From a virus, in IMG/VR virus record IMGVR_UViG_3300046820_001062, positions 1 through 64,000 of that record: a stretch of 64,000 nt of DNA. One strand, written 5' to 3'. Every line of letters begins with the position of its first letter. Positions within the stretch are counted from its first letter, which is position 1. Shown here one piece after another: positions 7,963 through 17,300 of this stretch. The notes beneath the pieces are model-generated. The model was not told the DNA's origin and searched no databases. It saw nothing but the letters and a program-made list of their open reading frames with translations. The translations under genes were made by a program, and so were the position numbers.

Positions 7963-9618
7963 ATGACAACAAAAATGGACTGGTACACACCCCTCAGTGA
8001 AGAATTCATGGGAAGAGGGTATTTTCACAACAATGAATCTATTGAAGATAGAATCAACTCTATTGCCAACTTAGTTGGTGAAACATTTAAGGATGACGAG
8101 ATAAAAGCAAAGGTAAAAGATTACATTGAAAAAGGTTACTATGTACTTCCATCACCTGTATGGAGTAACGTAGGTACTGGTCGCGGTTCTGGTATTTCTT
8201 GTTTTAACACACATGTCAGTGACAGTATTGAATCTATTGTTAGAGCAAATGCTGAAGTTGGTATGCTTTGTAAAATTGGAGGAGGAACATCAGGTTACTT
8301 TGGTGAATTACGTCCAGCTGGTACACCCATCTCAACAGGTGGTGAAACCTATGGAGCTGTGCATTTTATGCAGATGTTTGACACAACCAAAAATGTTATC
8401 TCACAAGGTAATGTTAGACGTGGTGAATTTGCTGCATATCTTGACATTGATCATGGTGATATTAAAGATTTCTTGAGAATCAATGGTGAGGGCCACAAAC
8501 TTCAACGTTTTCCTTTTGGTGTTTGTGTTTCTGACAAATGGCTTGAAGAAATGAAAGCAGGCGATATGGAAAAGCGTGAGCTATGGGCCATGGTAATTGA
8601 CAGCAGAAACAGAACTGGCTTTCCTTACATATTCTATACAGATAATGTAAACAATGCAACTGTTGATGTATACAAAGACAATGGATCTGTTATTAACTCT
8701 TCTAACATGTGTACAGAGATATTACTTCCTTCTACAGAAGAAGAATCCTTTGTGTGTGACTTAGTAGGCATGAACCTAGTTAAGTTTGATGAATGGAAAG
8801 ACACTGACGCTGTACGCATTGCTGTTTACATTGCAGATGCTGTTTTGACTGAGTTTATAAACAAGTATAGAGATGTTGCTTTTATTAGCAGAGCTATCCG
8901 TTTTGCAGAAAGACATAGAGCTATTGGTATTGGAGCATCAGGTTATCATTCTTACTTGCAAAGTAATATGATTCCTTTTGAGTCAATGCAAGCTAAGCTT
9001 GTAAACACTTTGATTTTCAAAACAATACAAGAACAATGTTGGGCAGCAAGCCGTGAGATGGCGTCACGCTTTGGTAAACCAGAAGTTCTTGCTTCTGACA
9101 AATATGATAGACGTCATACCACGCTTACAGCGATTGCTCCAAACACTTCTTCTTCTTTCATCATGGGACAACAGTCTCAGAGTATAGAACCTTACACCAG
9201 TAATTACTATATCAAGAAGACAGCAAAGGTTAAGCATTCTGTAAAGAACCCTTATCTAAAAGAGCTTCTTGCTAAGTTGGGTAAGGATACAATGGAAGTA
9301 TGGCAGTCAATCCTGGAAAGAGCTGGTAGTGTTCAACACTTATCATTCTTGTCAGAAGAAGAAAAACTTGTGTTCAGAACCTTTATGGAAATCTCCCAGA
9401 TGGAAATTATTATTCAAGCTTCTACGCGTCAGAAATATGTTGACCAAGGACAGTCTTTGAATCTTATGATCCATCCTCAAACGCCAACAAAAGATATTAA
9501 TACTTTGTTATTGAAAGCCCATGAGTTGGGTATCAAAACGTTGTACTATCAATTGGGGCAAAACGCTGCTCAAGAATTTGCAAGAGACATTCTTTCTTGT
9601 GAATCCTGTGCAGGATAA
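7963..9618 (+). CDS. nrdA: Ribonucleotide reductase class I alpha subunit (551 aa, no ATP cone)
   Basis: SCF (ISCFNT), NMCTE catalytic loop, AIAPNTSSS, KTLYY tyrosine pair, C-terminal CESC. Confidence 0.95.
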   Translation: MTTKMDWYTPLSEEFMGRGYFHNNESIEDRINSIANLVGETFKDDEIKAKVKDYIEKGYYVLPSPVWSNVGTGRGSGISCFNTHVSDSIESIVRANAEVGMLCKIGGGTSGYFGELRPAGTPISTGGETYGAVHFMQMFDTTKNVISQGNVRRGEFAAYLDIDHGDIKDFLRINGEGHKLQRFPFGVCVSDKWLEEMKAGDMEKRELWAMVIDSRNRTGFPYIFYTDNVNNATVDVYKDNGSVINSSNMCTEILLPSTEEESFVCDLVGMNLVKFDEWKDTDAVRIAVYIADAVLTEFINKYRDVAFISRAIRFAERHRAIGIGASGYHSYLQSNMIPFESMQAKLVNTLIFKTIQEQCWAASREMASRFGKPEVLASDKYDRRHTTLTAIAPNTSSSFIMGQQSQSIEPYTSNYYIKKTAKVKHSVKNPYLKELLAKLGKDTMEVWQSILERAGSVQHLSFLSEEEKLVFRTFMEISQMEIIIQASTRQKYVDQGQSLNLMIHPQTPTKDINTLLLKAHELGIKTLYYQLGQNAAQEFARDILSCESCAG

Positions 9619-9619
9619 T

Positions 9620-9627
9620 TAACTTTG
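9620..9627 (+). promoter_or_regulatory. Bacteroidota-type -7 promoter element
   Basis: TAACTTTG matches TAnnTTTG, 19 nt before the ATG at 9647. Confidence 0.5.
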
Positions 9628-9646
9628 TAAAAGTAAAACCAACAAT

Positions 9647-10270
9647 ATGAAAGATCTATATGATTACTTAGTCAAAAACAAGGTAAGCCCTAATGGATTG
9701 TTTGTATTACATTGCACCTTTAACAACTATATGTACCCATCTTATGTGAATTTCAAGACGGAGCAATACCGTCTTGAAACCACTGGACATCTTGTAAAAG
9801 AAAGTACAGGTGTAAATGATATTTACAAAATAACTCTAACAGGCGAACACCTTTTGAAAGAGTGTGAACACATTCTTAACAAAGCAAAGCGTGCTAAAAA
9901 GAATCCAATTGCTCTTGCTGAATGGGATGATAAGATTGCTGAATACAATCAATTGTTTCCTGCTGGTAAGAAATCTGGTACAAGCTTAGCATTCCGCACT
10001 AATCCTAAAGAACTTGTTGCAGCATTTGTATGGTTCTTTAAAGAATATCCTGAGTATACTTGGGATGATGTCTTTACTGCAACTAAAAGATATGTAGAAA
10101 GTTTTGAAGCTACTTCAGACTATACATACATGCAAACATCAAGATACTTTATTAAAAAAGATGACAAGAATAAAAACACAATTTCAAATCTAGCTGGTAT
10201 ATGTTATAACATTGCTGAAGGAAATGATGAAGATGTTTCTGATTCTGGTTATCATTATTTTGGCCCTTAA
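9647..10270 (+). CDS. Hypothetical protein (207 aa), possibly replication-associated
   Basis: N-terminal winged-helix-like segment; C-terminal FFKEYPEYTWDDV...YMQTSRYFIKK; function not assignable. Confidence 0.8.
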   Translation: MKDLYDYLVKNKVSPNGLFVLHCTFNNYMYPSYVNFKTEQYRLETTGHLVKESTGVNDIYKITLTGEHLLKECEHILNKAKRAKKNPIALAEWDDKIAEYNQLFPAGKKSGTSLAFRTNPKELVAAFVWFFKEYPEYTWDDVFTATKRYVESFEATSDYTYMQTSRYFIKKDDKNKNTISNLAGICYNIAEGNDEDVSDSGYHYFGP

Positions 10271-10280
10271 ACATAAGACA

Positions 10281-10676
10281 GTGGTTAAAGCAATTAAAAT
10301 TGACGCAAAAAATAGATGCATTGAGATTGTGGATTTAGGTCCACAACTCAGTGACATTTATCAGTTACTTGAATGTAACATTATGACTGTTGCATATCCG
10401 CAAACAGTAGAACCTACATCTGATGTTATCTATGTAGATGACGAAGGTTTATTTAAACCTGTTGACAAAATTCCAGGTGCTTTCTTTATTGATATCTATC
10501 CCGCACAACCATTATTTGGTCATGCACTTATAGTGGGTACAGATGATGAAGGAGGTAACGCTGACACTACTTTCACAGTAGAACAAGTTTCTGATATGGT
10601 GCAGTTTCTTGATGAAGAAGAGGTTAAACTATGGCAGGAACATCTTACAAAACCACCTCAAATATTTACATTCTAA
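10281..10676 (+). CDS. DUF3846-like phage protein
   Basis: IYVDDEGL and FGHALIVGTDDEG motifs; GTG at 10281 preferred over track start 10212, which overlaps the upstream gene. Confidence 0.65.
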   Translation: MVKAIKIDAKNRCIEIVDLGPQLSDIYQLLECNIMTVAYPQTVEPTSDVIYVDDEGLFKPVDKIPGAFFIDIYPAQPLFGHALIVGTDDEGGNADTTFTVEQVSDMVQFLDEEEVKLWQEHLTKPPQIFTF

Positions 10677-11371
10677 TGGACAACAAAGTAGAATTACTAG
10701 GATACTATGGAACTGATCTGGTTCATGCACAATCTGCATGGACCAGTACTTCCAGAGATTTGTCAGAAGACAAATTACAACGAGTTGACAAATTACTTGA
10801 GATGCTTGCCTCAGAAGGACATCACACACCTTTTGAAAAATCATCACTACACTTTCTTGTAACAGTAGATCAAGCCACACATATTCACTTGCTAAAACAT
10901 CGCGTTGGTGTAAGTATTAATGGTGAGTCTGCTAGGTACAAAGAATTAAAAGAAGATAAGTTTTATATTCCTGAAGATTGGAAAGGACAACCCTTGTCTG
11001 AGGATTTATATCTTCATGATGAGATGTCTGAAGATGAACTATCTTGGAAAAAAGGAGTAGATTACTGGAGCAATGTATTGCAAGACTTTACAGATATTTC
11101 AAATTATCTGTATCACAATTGTTTAAAAGACTTGACACCCTTGATAGGACGCAAACGTGCTAAGGAGTCTGCAAGATTTTTTAAAACAATGAACTCACAA
11201 ATTACCATGGATGTAATGTTTAACTGGAGAAGCTTTGCTCACTTTTTAAAACTGCGTAATTCAGAACATGCACAAAAAGAAGTGAGAGAATTAGCACAGC
11301 AGATGCTGCAACTTGTAAAAGATATTCCAGGAAATCCTTTTGAGAAAACCATTAAAGCATTTAACTTATGA
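10676..11371 (+). CDS. thyX: FAD-dependent thymidylate synthase ThyX
   Basis: GHHTPFE, KHRVGVSINGESARY, NWRSFAHFLKLR, HAQKEVR; start at 10676 by TAATG coupling. Confidence 0.92.
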   Translation: MDNKVELLGYYGTDLVHAQSAWTSTSRDLSEDKLQRVDKLLEMLASEGHHTPFEKSSLHFLVTVDQATHIHLLKHRVGVSINGESARYKELKEDKFYIPEDWKGQPLSEDLYLHDEMSEDELSWKKGVDYWSNVLQDFTDISNYLYHNCLKDLTPLIGRKRAKESARFFKTMNSQITMDVMFNWRSFAHFLKLRNSEHAQKEVRELAQQMLQLVKDIPGNPFEKTIKAFNL

Positions 11372-11856
11372 AATGGTATTACAAACTAAAGTATTTTCTA
11401 GAAGACTTTTCTTGGATGAAAGTGTACTTTTCACCTTTCAAAATTCCAAAGTTAAAATTCTACTTTGGTAAAATTGCAATAGGAACTCCATACTTTTATC
11501 CAAGAGTACTTGACAAAAAAACACGAATGTTTAAACCTAAAAAAATAGGTTTTGACTTTGTTGGTTTAGGTTGGAAAACCAAATGGGAAGATAATGACTA
11601 CAGACATGAATGGAATCCAAGATGGTCATTTGTATTTTTCAAATGGCAATTTGTTGTGTTTTTTCATGTTCCTGATAGTACACATTACTGGGAATGTTGG
11701 TTGTATTATTCAAGAGACACTCATAAAGGATTACCTGCAGGATTTAGAGTATTACAAGCAAGACGAGAGTTTCCTTGCAAATATACTGTCTATCAAAATG
11801 GTGATGAGTGGAATATTGATTATTGGGAATCAATTCTAAAAAAGAAATACTTGTAA
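11368..11856 (+). CDS. Trp/aromatic-rich hypothetical protein (162 aa)
   Basis: ATGA overlap with thyX; about 11 Trp. Confidence 0.8.
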   Translation: MKWYYKLKYFLEDFSWMKVYFSPFKIPKLKFYFGKIAIGTPYFYPRVLDKKTRMFKPKKIGFDFVGLGWKTKWEDNDYRHEWNPRWSFVFFKWQFVVFFHVPDSTHYWECWLYYSRDTHKGLPAGFRVLQARREFPCKYTVYQNGDEWNIDYWESILKKKYL

Positions 11857-11892
11857 ATAAAAAAGGGCCTTGCAAAACAGGGCCCTTTTCTT
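11857..11892. terminator. Bidirectional intrinsic terminator at the strand switch
   Basis: AAAAGGGCC...GGCCCTTTT inverted repeat (11861-11889) between the convergent replication and virion blocks. Confidence 0.85.
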
Positions 11893-11912
11893 TACTACAA
11901 ACAAATCTATTA

Positions 11913-12350
11913 TTACAAACCAAGCAACTTAAAAAATGCAGGAAAGTTTCCTTCAGTTTCTAAAGATGCAAAATCTTCAATCTTAAAGTTTGGTTGCTCA
12001 AGTTCTTTTTCTTGTACAAACAATTCTTCTAATTGCTCTCTAAACTTAATGTAGTCAGGGTGTAATTGAACCTTGTCTGGTTCACCGTTTTCACCTTTGA
12101 TAGTTTCAATTTCTGGAATAGAAATCTGACCATCTTTTTCTACACCTAATTCTTTAATAAGATCCATACGCATTTTTTCAAATGTTTCTTTCTCTTCACC
12201 AGTTACTTTAGCAATCTTAGTAAGTTGATACTTTGTTGCTAGTGACATTTTTTGGGAGAGCAATCCCTTGAACTTTTCAGTTCCATTTAGTTCAGCATCC
12301 AATGTTAAGATCTCAGCAACATTGAATTTGATTTTTGTTGATTCTGCCAT
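11913..12350 (-). CDS. Hypothetical helical protein (145 aa), possible tail-fibre chaperone
   Basis: Last gene of the fibre module; has its own promoter. Confidence 0.75.
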   Translation of the reverse strand: MAESTKIKFNVAEILTLDAELNGTEKFKGLLSQKMSLATKYQLTKIAKVTGEEKETFEKMRMDLIKELGVEKDGQISIPEIETIKGENGEPDKVQLHPDYIKFREQLEELFVQEKELEQPNFKIEDFASLETEGNFPAFFKLLGL

Positions 12351-12380
12351 AAATTGATTTTTTAATATTAAAAGTCTTTA

Positions 12381-12411
12381 CAAAGATAATTAATTGTTTG
12401 ATAAATACAAA
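12381..12411 (-). promoter_or_regulatory. Bacteroidota primary-sigma promoter
   Basis: Minus strand TTTG (12411-12408), 19 nt spacer, TATCTTTG (12388-12381): full -33/-7 consensus. Confidence 0.75.
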
Positions 12412-12412
12412 C

Positions 12413-12562
12413 TTATCTACCTTGTCCTCTATATGGTTTTACATAATTTTTAGAGGTCTTGATGCTAGATTGTTTTGTTTTAGCATGTACGCCTGGTCTT
12501 CTTACTTTGGGCTTTACTTTGTGTATCACAGAGTTCATAGCCCCGCCTTTCTTTGCTGCCAT
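12413..12562 (-). CDS. Small very basic protein (49 aa)
   Basis: MAAKKGGAMNSVIHKVKPKVRRPGVHAKTKQSSIKTSKNYVKPYRGQGR; 14 K/R and no D/E; starts 4 nt after upstream stop; missing from ORF track. Confidence 0.8.
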   Translation of the reverse strand: MAAKKGGAMNSVIHKVKPKVRRPGVHAKTKQSSIKTSKNYVKPYRGQGR

Positions 12563-12566
12563 AACC

Positions 12567-13079
12567 TTAACAATCTACAACGTTTCCTTCTCCAAATAGA
12601 GACTCCAATTTAGTTTTCAATTGACCATAGCCAAAAGTGAAAACATCAACACCTTCTACAGAAGACATATCAGGAACAATTTTCACAGAAGTTTCTTCAA
12701 CTTCAGTCATAACTGATTGAATTATTGTTTTAGTAACAAGTTCTGTAGTGTCAGGAGCTCCATCAACACCTGGTACATTAATTTCTTCAGTTACTTCTAC
12801 TTCTGTAGGAACTGGTTTAGTTACTGTATAAGTTGTTGGAACTTCTTTAGTCAATGCAACAGTGAAAACTTCACCAATTTTTGCGTTTTTAGCAACAGTT
12901 GAAGCAGGACCTGCAGGACCTGAAAGATAGTTAGCTGAAGCATCAGCTGCAGAATTAAAAAGTTGCAATGCAAAGCTTGCTTGACCACCTTTGTTGATAT
13001 TGTAGTTTACAATACGAACATAAGCTTCATTGGTAATTCCTTGATCTGTACCAATTTCAGATGTGATTTTTAGTGCCAT
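12567..13079 (-). CDS. Hypothetical protein (170 aa) of the tail-fibre module
   Basis: Intact ORF with a T/V/E-rich low-complexity middle; preceded by motif copy B. Confidence 0.8.
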   Translation of the reverse strand: MALKITSEIGTDQGITNEAYVRIVNYNINKGGQASFALQLFNSAADASANYLSGPAGPASTVAKNAKIGEVFTVALTKEVPTTYTVTKPVPTEVEVTEEINVPGVDGAPDTTELVTKTIIQSVMTEVEETSVKIVPDMSSVEGVDVFTFGYGQLKTKLESLFGEGNVVDC

Positions 13080-13103
13080 TGTTATAATTTTTTTTAGTTA
13101 ATT

Positions 13104-13124
13104 TCTACATTAATAATATACAAA
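13104..13124 (-). promoter_or_regulatory. Candidate phage promoter motif copy B
   Basis: Minus strand TTTGTATATTATTAATGTAGA. Confidence 0.55.
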
Positions 13125-13140
13125 ATATCTAGGAATTTAC

Positions 13141-13401
13141 CTAATTTCCAGATGATTGCAAAGTTTCTAAGAGTCTATGGTGAAAAACCATAGAGAAAAT
13201 AGGAATTGTTTTTGAGGTAACAGACGTATTTCTACTCACTGTCATTTTAAAGTCCTCATTATTTTTCTTTGTACAATAGAAGAACACTGAGTCAAGCACA
13301 TTTATAATTACTTCAATTTTAAATGTATCAGGACCTATTGTATACTCATCACCTACTCTATATAAGTGATTACCAATTGTATATGAATTTAAGTTTGTCA
13401 T
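13141..13401 (-). CDS. Hypothetical protein (86 aa)
   Basis: Fills the gap between the Cys-rich gene and motif B. Confidence 0.65.
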   Translation of the reverse strand: MTNLNSYTIGNHLYRVGDEYTIGPDTFKIEVIINVLDSVFFYCTKKNNEDFKMTVSRNTSVTSKTIPIFSMVFHHRLLETLQSSGN

Positions 13402-13417
13402 ATGTTAGTTTTTAATT

Positions 13418-14329
13418 TTATCTTATTGAACATGATTGGTTGTTATGATATACTCCATAATGTGGTTGTGCAAAGTCAATACAGTAATCAATTGGTCTAT
13501 TATCATATTCATACAATTGAACCAAAAAACCATCACAAGTAGTAAATTCTTGATATCCACCTCCATCAGCCCATCCCCAATAGCAGTCAACACTACCACC
13601 ACAACCACAGTCTGGATGATTTGGAGTTGTTACCCCAAAATATGTACCCCAACAACCATCAGCATAATAGTTACCATAATCACAACCGTTACATCCTGAT
13701 GATAAATATGTACCATTTGATGGTGCACAACAGCAACCTCCACAACCTGTACTACATCCCTGATTTACATCATAATATCCACATGCTCCATTAGCATATC
13801 TATAATAAAGATTACATCCAGAGCAATAAGAAGTCAGAAAAGTACCATAAGCAGCACATCCTGATGATGTTGTTCCTGACATTGTATTTGAATATCCTGA
13901 ATATCCTCCTGTTGAAGTACAAGTTATTCTTATTCTAAAATAATATGTTGTACCAGAAGCAAGACCAGATATAGTTCTTGGTGACACACATCCTGCTGAA
14001 ACATTTGTCCAGCTAGATTGGTTAGTGCTGTATTCTATATGAGAAGCTGAACAGTTAGATAAACCAACCCAGTATACATCAAGGCTTGAAGATGTTGCAT
14101 TGCCAACAGATGTAATAGCTGGAGTATTACAACATGCAAACCCATGGTTATAGTTTCTCCATTCACTAAATGAAGCAGGATTAGAACTACTAGGATATGA
14201 TGGGCTACATGTATTTATTGTAGCATATCCACCATTTTCTGCAGTATCTATAGAAATATTTGCATTAGAAGCTCTTCCTAATTCTAGGTTGATTCCTGTT
14301 GCTGAAACTGATCCACTTCCTATTGGCAT
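13418..14329 (-). CDS. Cys-rich fibre-tip/adhesin candidate with fibronectin type III-like domain
   Basis: N-terminal GINLELGR...SFSEW module; FN3 signature SSLDVYW...ISGLASGTTYYFRIRITC; two Cys/Gly/Tyr repeats; about 24 Cys. Confidence 0.65.
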   Translation of the reverse strand: MPIGSGSVSATGINLELGRASNANISIDTAENGGYATINTCSPSYPSSSNPASFSEWRNYNHGFACCNTPAITSVGNATSSSLDVYWVGLSNCSASHIEYSTNQSSWTNVSAGCVSPRTISGLASGTTYYFRIRITCTSTGGYSGYSNTMSGTTSSGCAAYGTFLTSYCSGCNLYYRYANGACGYYDVNQGCSTGCGGCCCAPSNGTYLSSGCNGCDYGNYYADGCWGTYFGVTTPNHPDCGCGGSVDCYWGWADGGGYQEFTTCDGFLVQLYEYDNRPIDYCIDFAQPHYGVYHNNQSCSIR

Positions 14330-14330
14330 A

Positions 14331-17300
14331 TTAGTTTAGTTTAGCTTTAAGTTCCTCAATCTCTTTTTGTTGTTCTTTAATTGCTTCAATTAGAACCCCC
14401 ACTATGTTACCATATTTTACGCCATATTCGTCAACGTCTGCAGCATAAGTAACAACTTCAGGTAATACTTCATTTATTTCTTGAGCAATAACACCTGTTT
14501 GTCTACCCTTTTCAGTTTCGTCTGTTCTAACATAGTAAACACCTCTTAATTGTTTTACTTTTTCTAAAGCACTATCAATAGTAACAATTTCAGATTTCTT
14601 TCTAGCATCAGAATAAGCAACAATGTCGCCTTCAGCATACAAACTACCATTTACATATACACGATATGAACTAGATGTTGTTGAGTTACCAAGTCCTAAA
14701 CATGTATTTCCTCTATGCCAATACCATGGCCAACGTCCACCCTGATTCTCACAATATAGACCACCATTACCACCTTCGTGCATGTAGTTGTTAAAATATC
14801 CAGCATCATCTTTAATCAATAAACCATTGTATCCACCTTTAGCATATCCAAATATTTCCCATGTACCATGTGAGGAATTTGTATTTCTTCTAAAGTGTCC
14901 ACCGTAATCTTGTTGATAAAGACCTGTATCTCCTTGTGCTCTAAACCAGTTATTTGCATATACAGCACCAACATCAATTCTATTGAAACTAACATTATCA
15001 GATGTTCTCACATACTGATTCATGTTGTAAGCATATGGATCATCTTCAACAGTCAACAAAGTTCTAGTAGATTGCCAACCACCATTATAACGTCTAGTGT
15101 AAGTACGATCATTCCACATGTTTTGCCAAATCTGCCAACCATAAGATTGATCACCAGGATTAGAACCTAATGTTAAACCATTTCTATAAGTTCCACTATA
15201 TGCCCAATCATACCATGCTCTTAAACCATATCCAGGGTGAGTATTATCAATAGCAGCTCCAACAGGATACAATCTATCAGCATTACTTGCAGAAGAAGCA
15301 CTTGATGCAGAACCTGCTGAATTAGCATATCTTACACCTAAATCAGATGGTTCAACCCATCCTGATCCAGAATAAGCACCATTATTATAAACATATCTTG
15401 AATAATCAACGTAGTTTCTACCTTCACCTCTTGAAATAGCTACACGAGAACCTGAATCATAAATAGCAGGAGCACGTACATCATCTCTAGCTCTAATTGA
15501 ACCAGAGATTGCAGCTAAGAATGTACCATTCTCCATTACAAGAAGACCATGGGTATTCAAGTTACTTGCTACACCACCAGCATTAGGATGAGACCAAGCA
15601 AGACCATATAGTGATCCAGTAGATGAGCCATCCATTGGTAATTTATAAGAATCACCCATTGCCCAAACACCTTGATAAACTGTAGAAGAATATCTACCTA
15701 CAATTGTTTGACCATAATTTGAATCCAAATAATGATGACCTGTAGAATACATGCTACCATTAGTTTCAAATTGATGACCATTACCATTACCTGGAGCATT
15801 ACCAATATAAGTACGCCCATAAATCCAGTTAGTTCCTCCAGCAGTAGTAATACCATTTGGAAAAAATGCAGAATCTGATGTTCCCCAAGGATTACCAGGA
15901 CTTATAAAACCTCCTCTTGCATATATTACATCTGAATTAGGATTTATATATACTTGTGAAGTACCATAAACACTGTTGCCAGAACCCCAAAGAAGTTGAT
16001 AGGTTGAGTTAGAATCATTATTGTAGTTGATTGTAACTTGACTAGATGTTGATGCACTACCTGCACTATTTGCATAAGCAACACGAACAGTTCCTGGAGT
16101 AGCTGGAGAAACTTTAAGTTCCCAATAACTACCACCATCGTAGTTCATGTATAAATAATAAGGAGCACCATCACCATATCTATATGGAGAATCTGATGCA
16201 TAAAGTCTTGTAGCACTTGTAGCATAAGTTGCGGTTGTCGCACTACTTGCTGATCCAGCACTATTTGCGTAGTTTACAGATTGTGAACCAATATTACCAG
16301 AGTCTATAACAGTTCTCCAAGCTTGCCATGTTCCACTATTTTTACCTCTAACAGCAATTTGACCTGTTCTAAAATCACCATAAATTTGGTGAATCCATGA
16401 ACTATTATATGCAGATGAGTAAAGACCACCATCTGTTTGACCAAATAAAGATACACTTGTATTATAACCTATTTGATTTTGTGTAACGTTATCAGGATTA
16501 ATACCATTAGCTGAACTATTAAGTGTTAATCCACTAACAGATCCTGCTGAACCACTAATAGATCCACTTGATGTAATGTATCCAGAGTTATTTGTAAATC
16601 TGGAAATATTCATGTCAAAAAGTGAATCAGCATAGTCAGCTCTATAAGCAGTGTTTACCAATACCGCAGAAGGGTCTGTTCTACCAACACCCCAAGAACC
16701 TAGGTGTAAATATGCACCATAGTCATTTGGAACTGTTTGGGAAACACCACTAATACTAGAAAGAGTTAATCTTCCAGACATTGTACCTCCTGCTAAAGGA
16801 AGTTTTGTATTATCAGTAGAACTAATAGTCCATGATCTGTTTGCTGTAAGATCATAAGATGTTCCGTTAATAGTTATTGTTCTACTACCTGGAACGTATC
16901 CTGCACTTGCATGATTTCCCCAACCATAAGCAGTATTCCAATGTGATGAATTACCACCAGGAGCTACAAGTAATGTAGCAGACTCAAATCTAGCGTTGGT
17001 ATAAATACCACCATTAGTTGAGTTTAAGAAATATGATGCACCGTTTAAGTAAAAAGCATTTGAAGCAAAGAAATTTGTTGCATAACTATTTGTAGTAGTT
17101 ATTGTACCAATACCACTAATATCAACACCTTGTCTTAAATATCTGCCATCAAGCAATGATTGCTTTTTAGTTCTAAGTCCATCAATACGTGATGAGTTTA
17201 CTTGACCTAATCCTAATGGAACTGGCGCATATACATCATACTGATTTGTTCCAGACCACGCATCATCATAAGATAATGTAGCTGAACTGTACAAAATATC

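Noticed and set aside
10212-10675. Track starts at 10212 and 10631, and TTG start at 63927
   Set aside because: 10212 and 10631 overlap upstream genes, while GTG 10281 and coupled ATG 10676 fit better; the frame at 63927 stays open to the window edge
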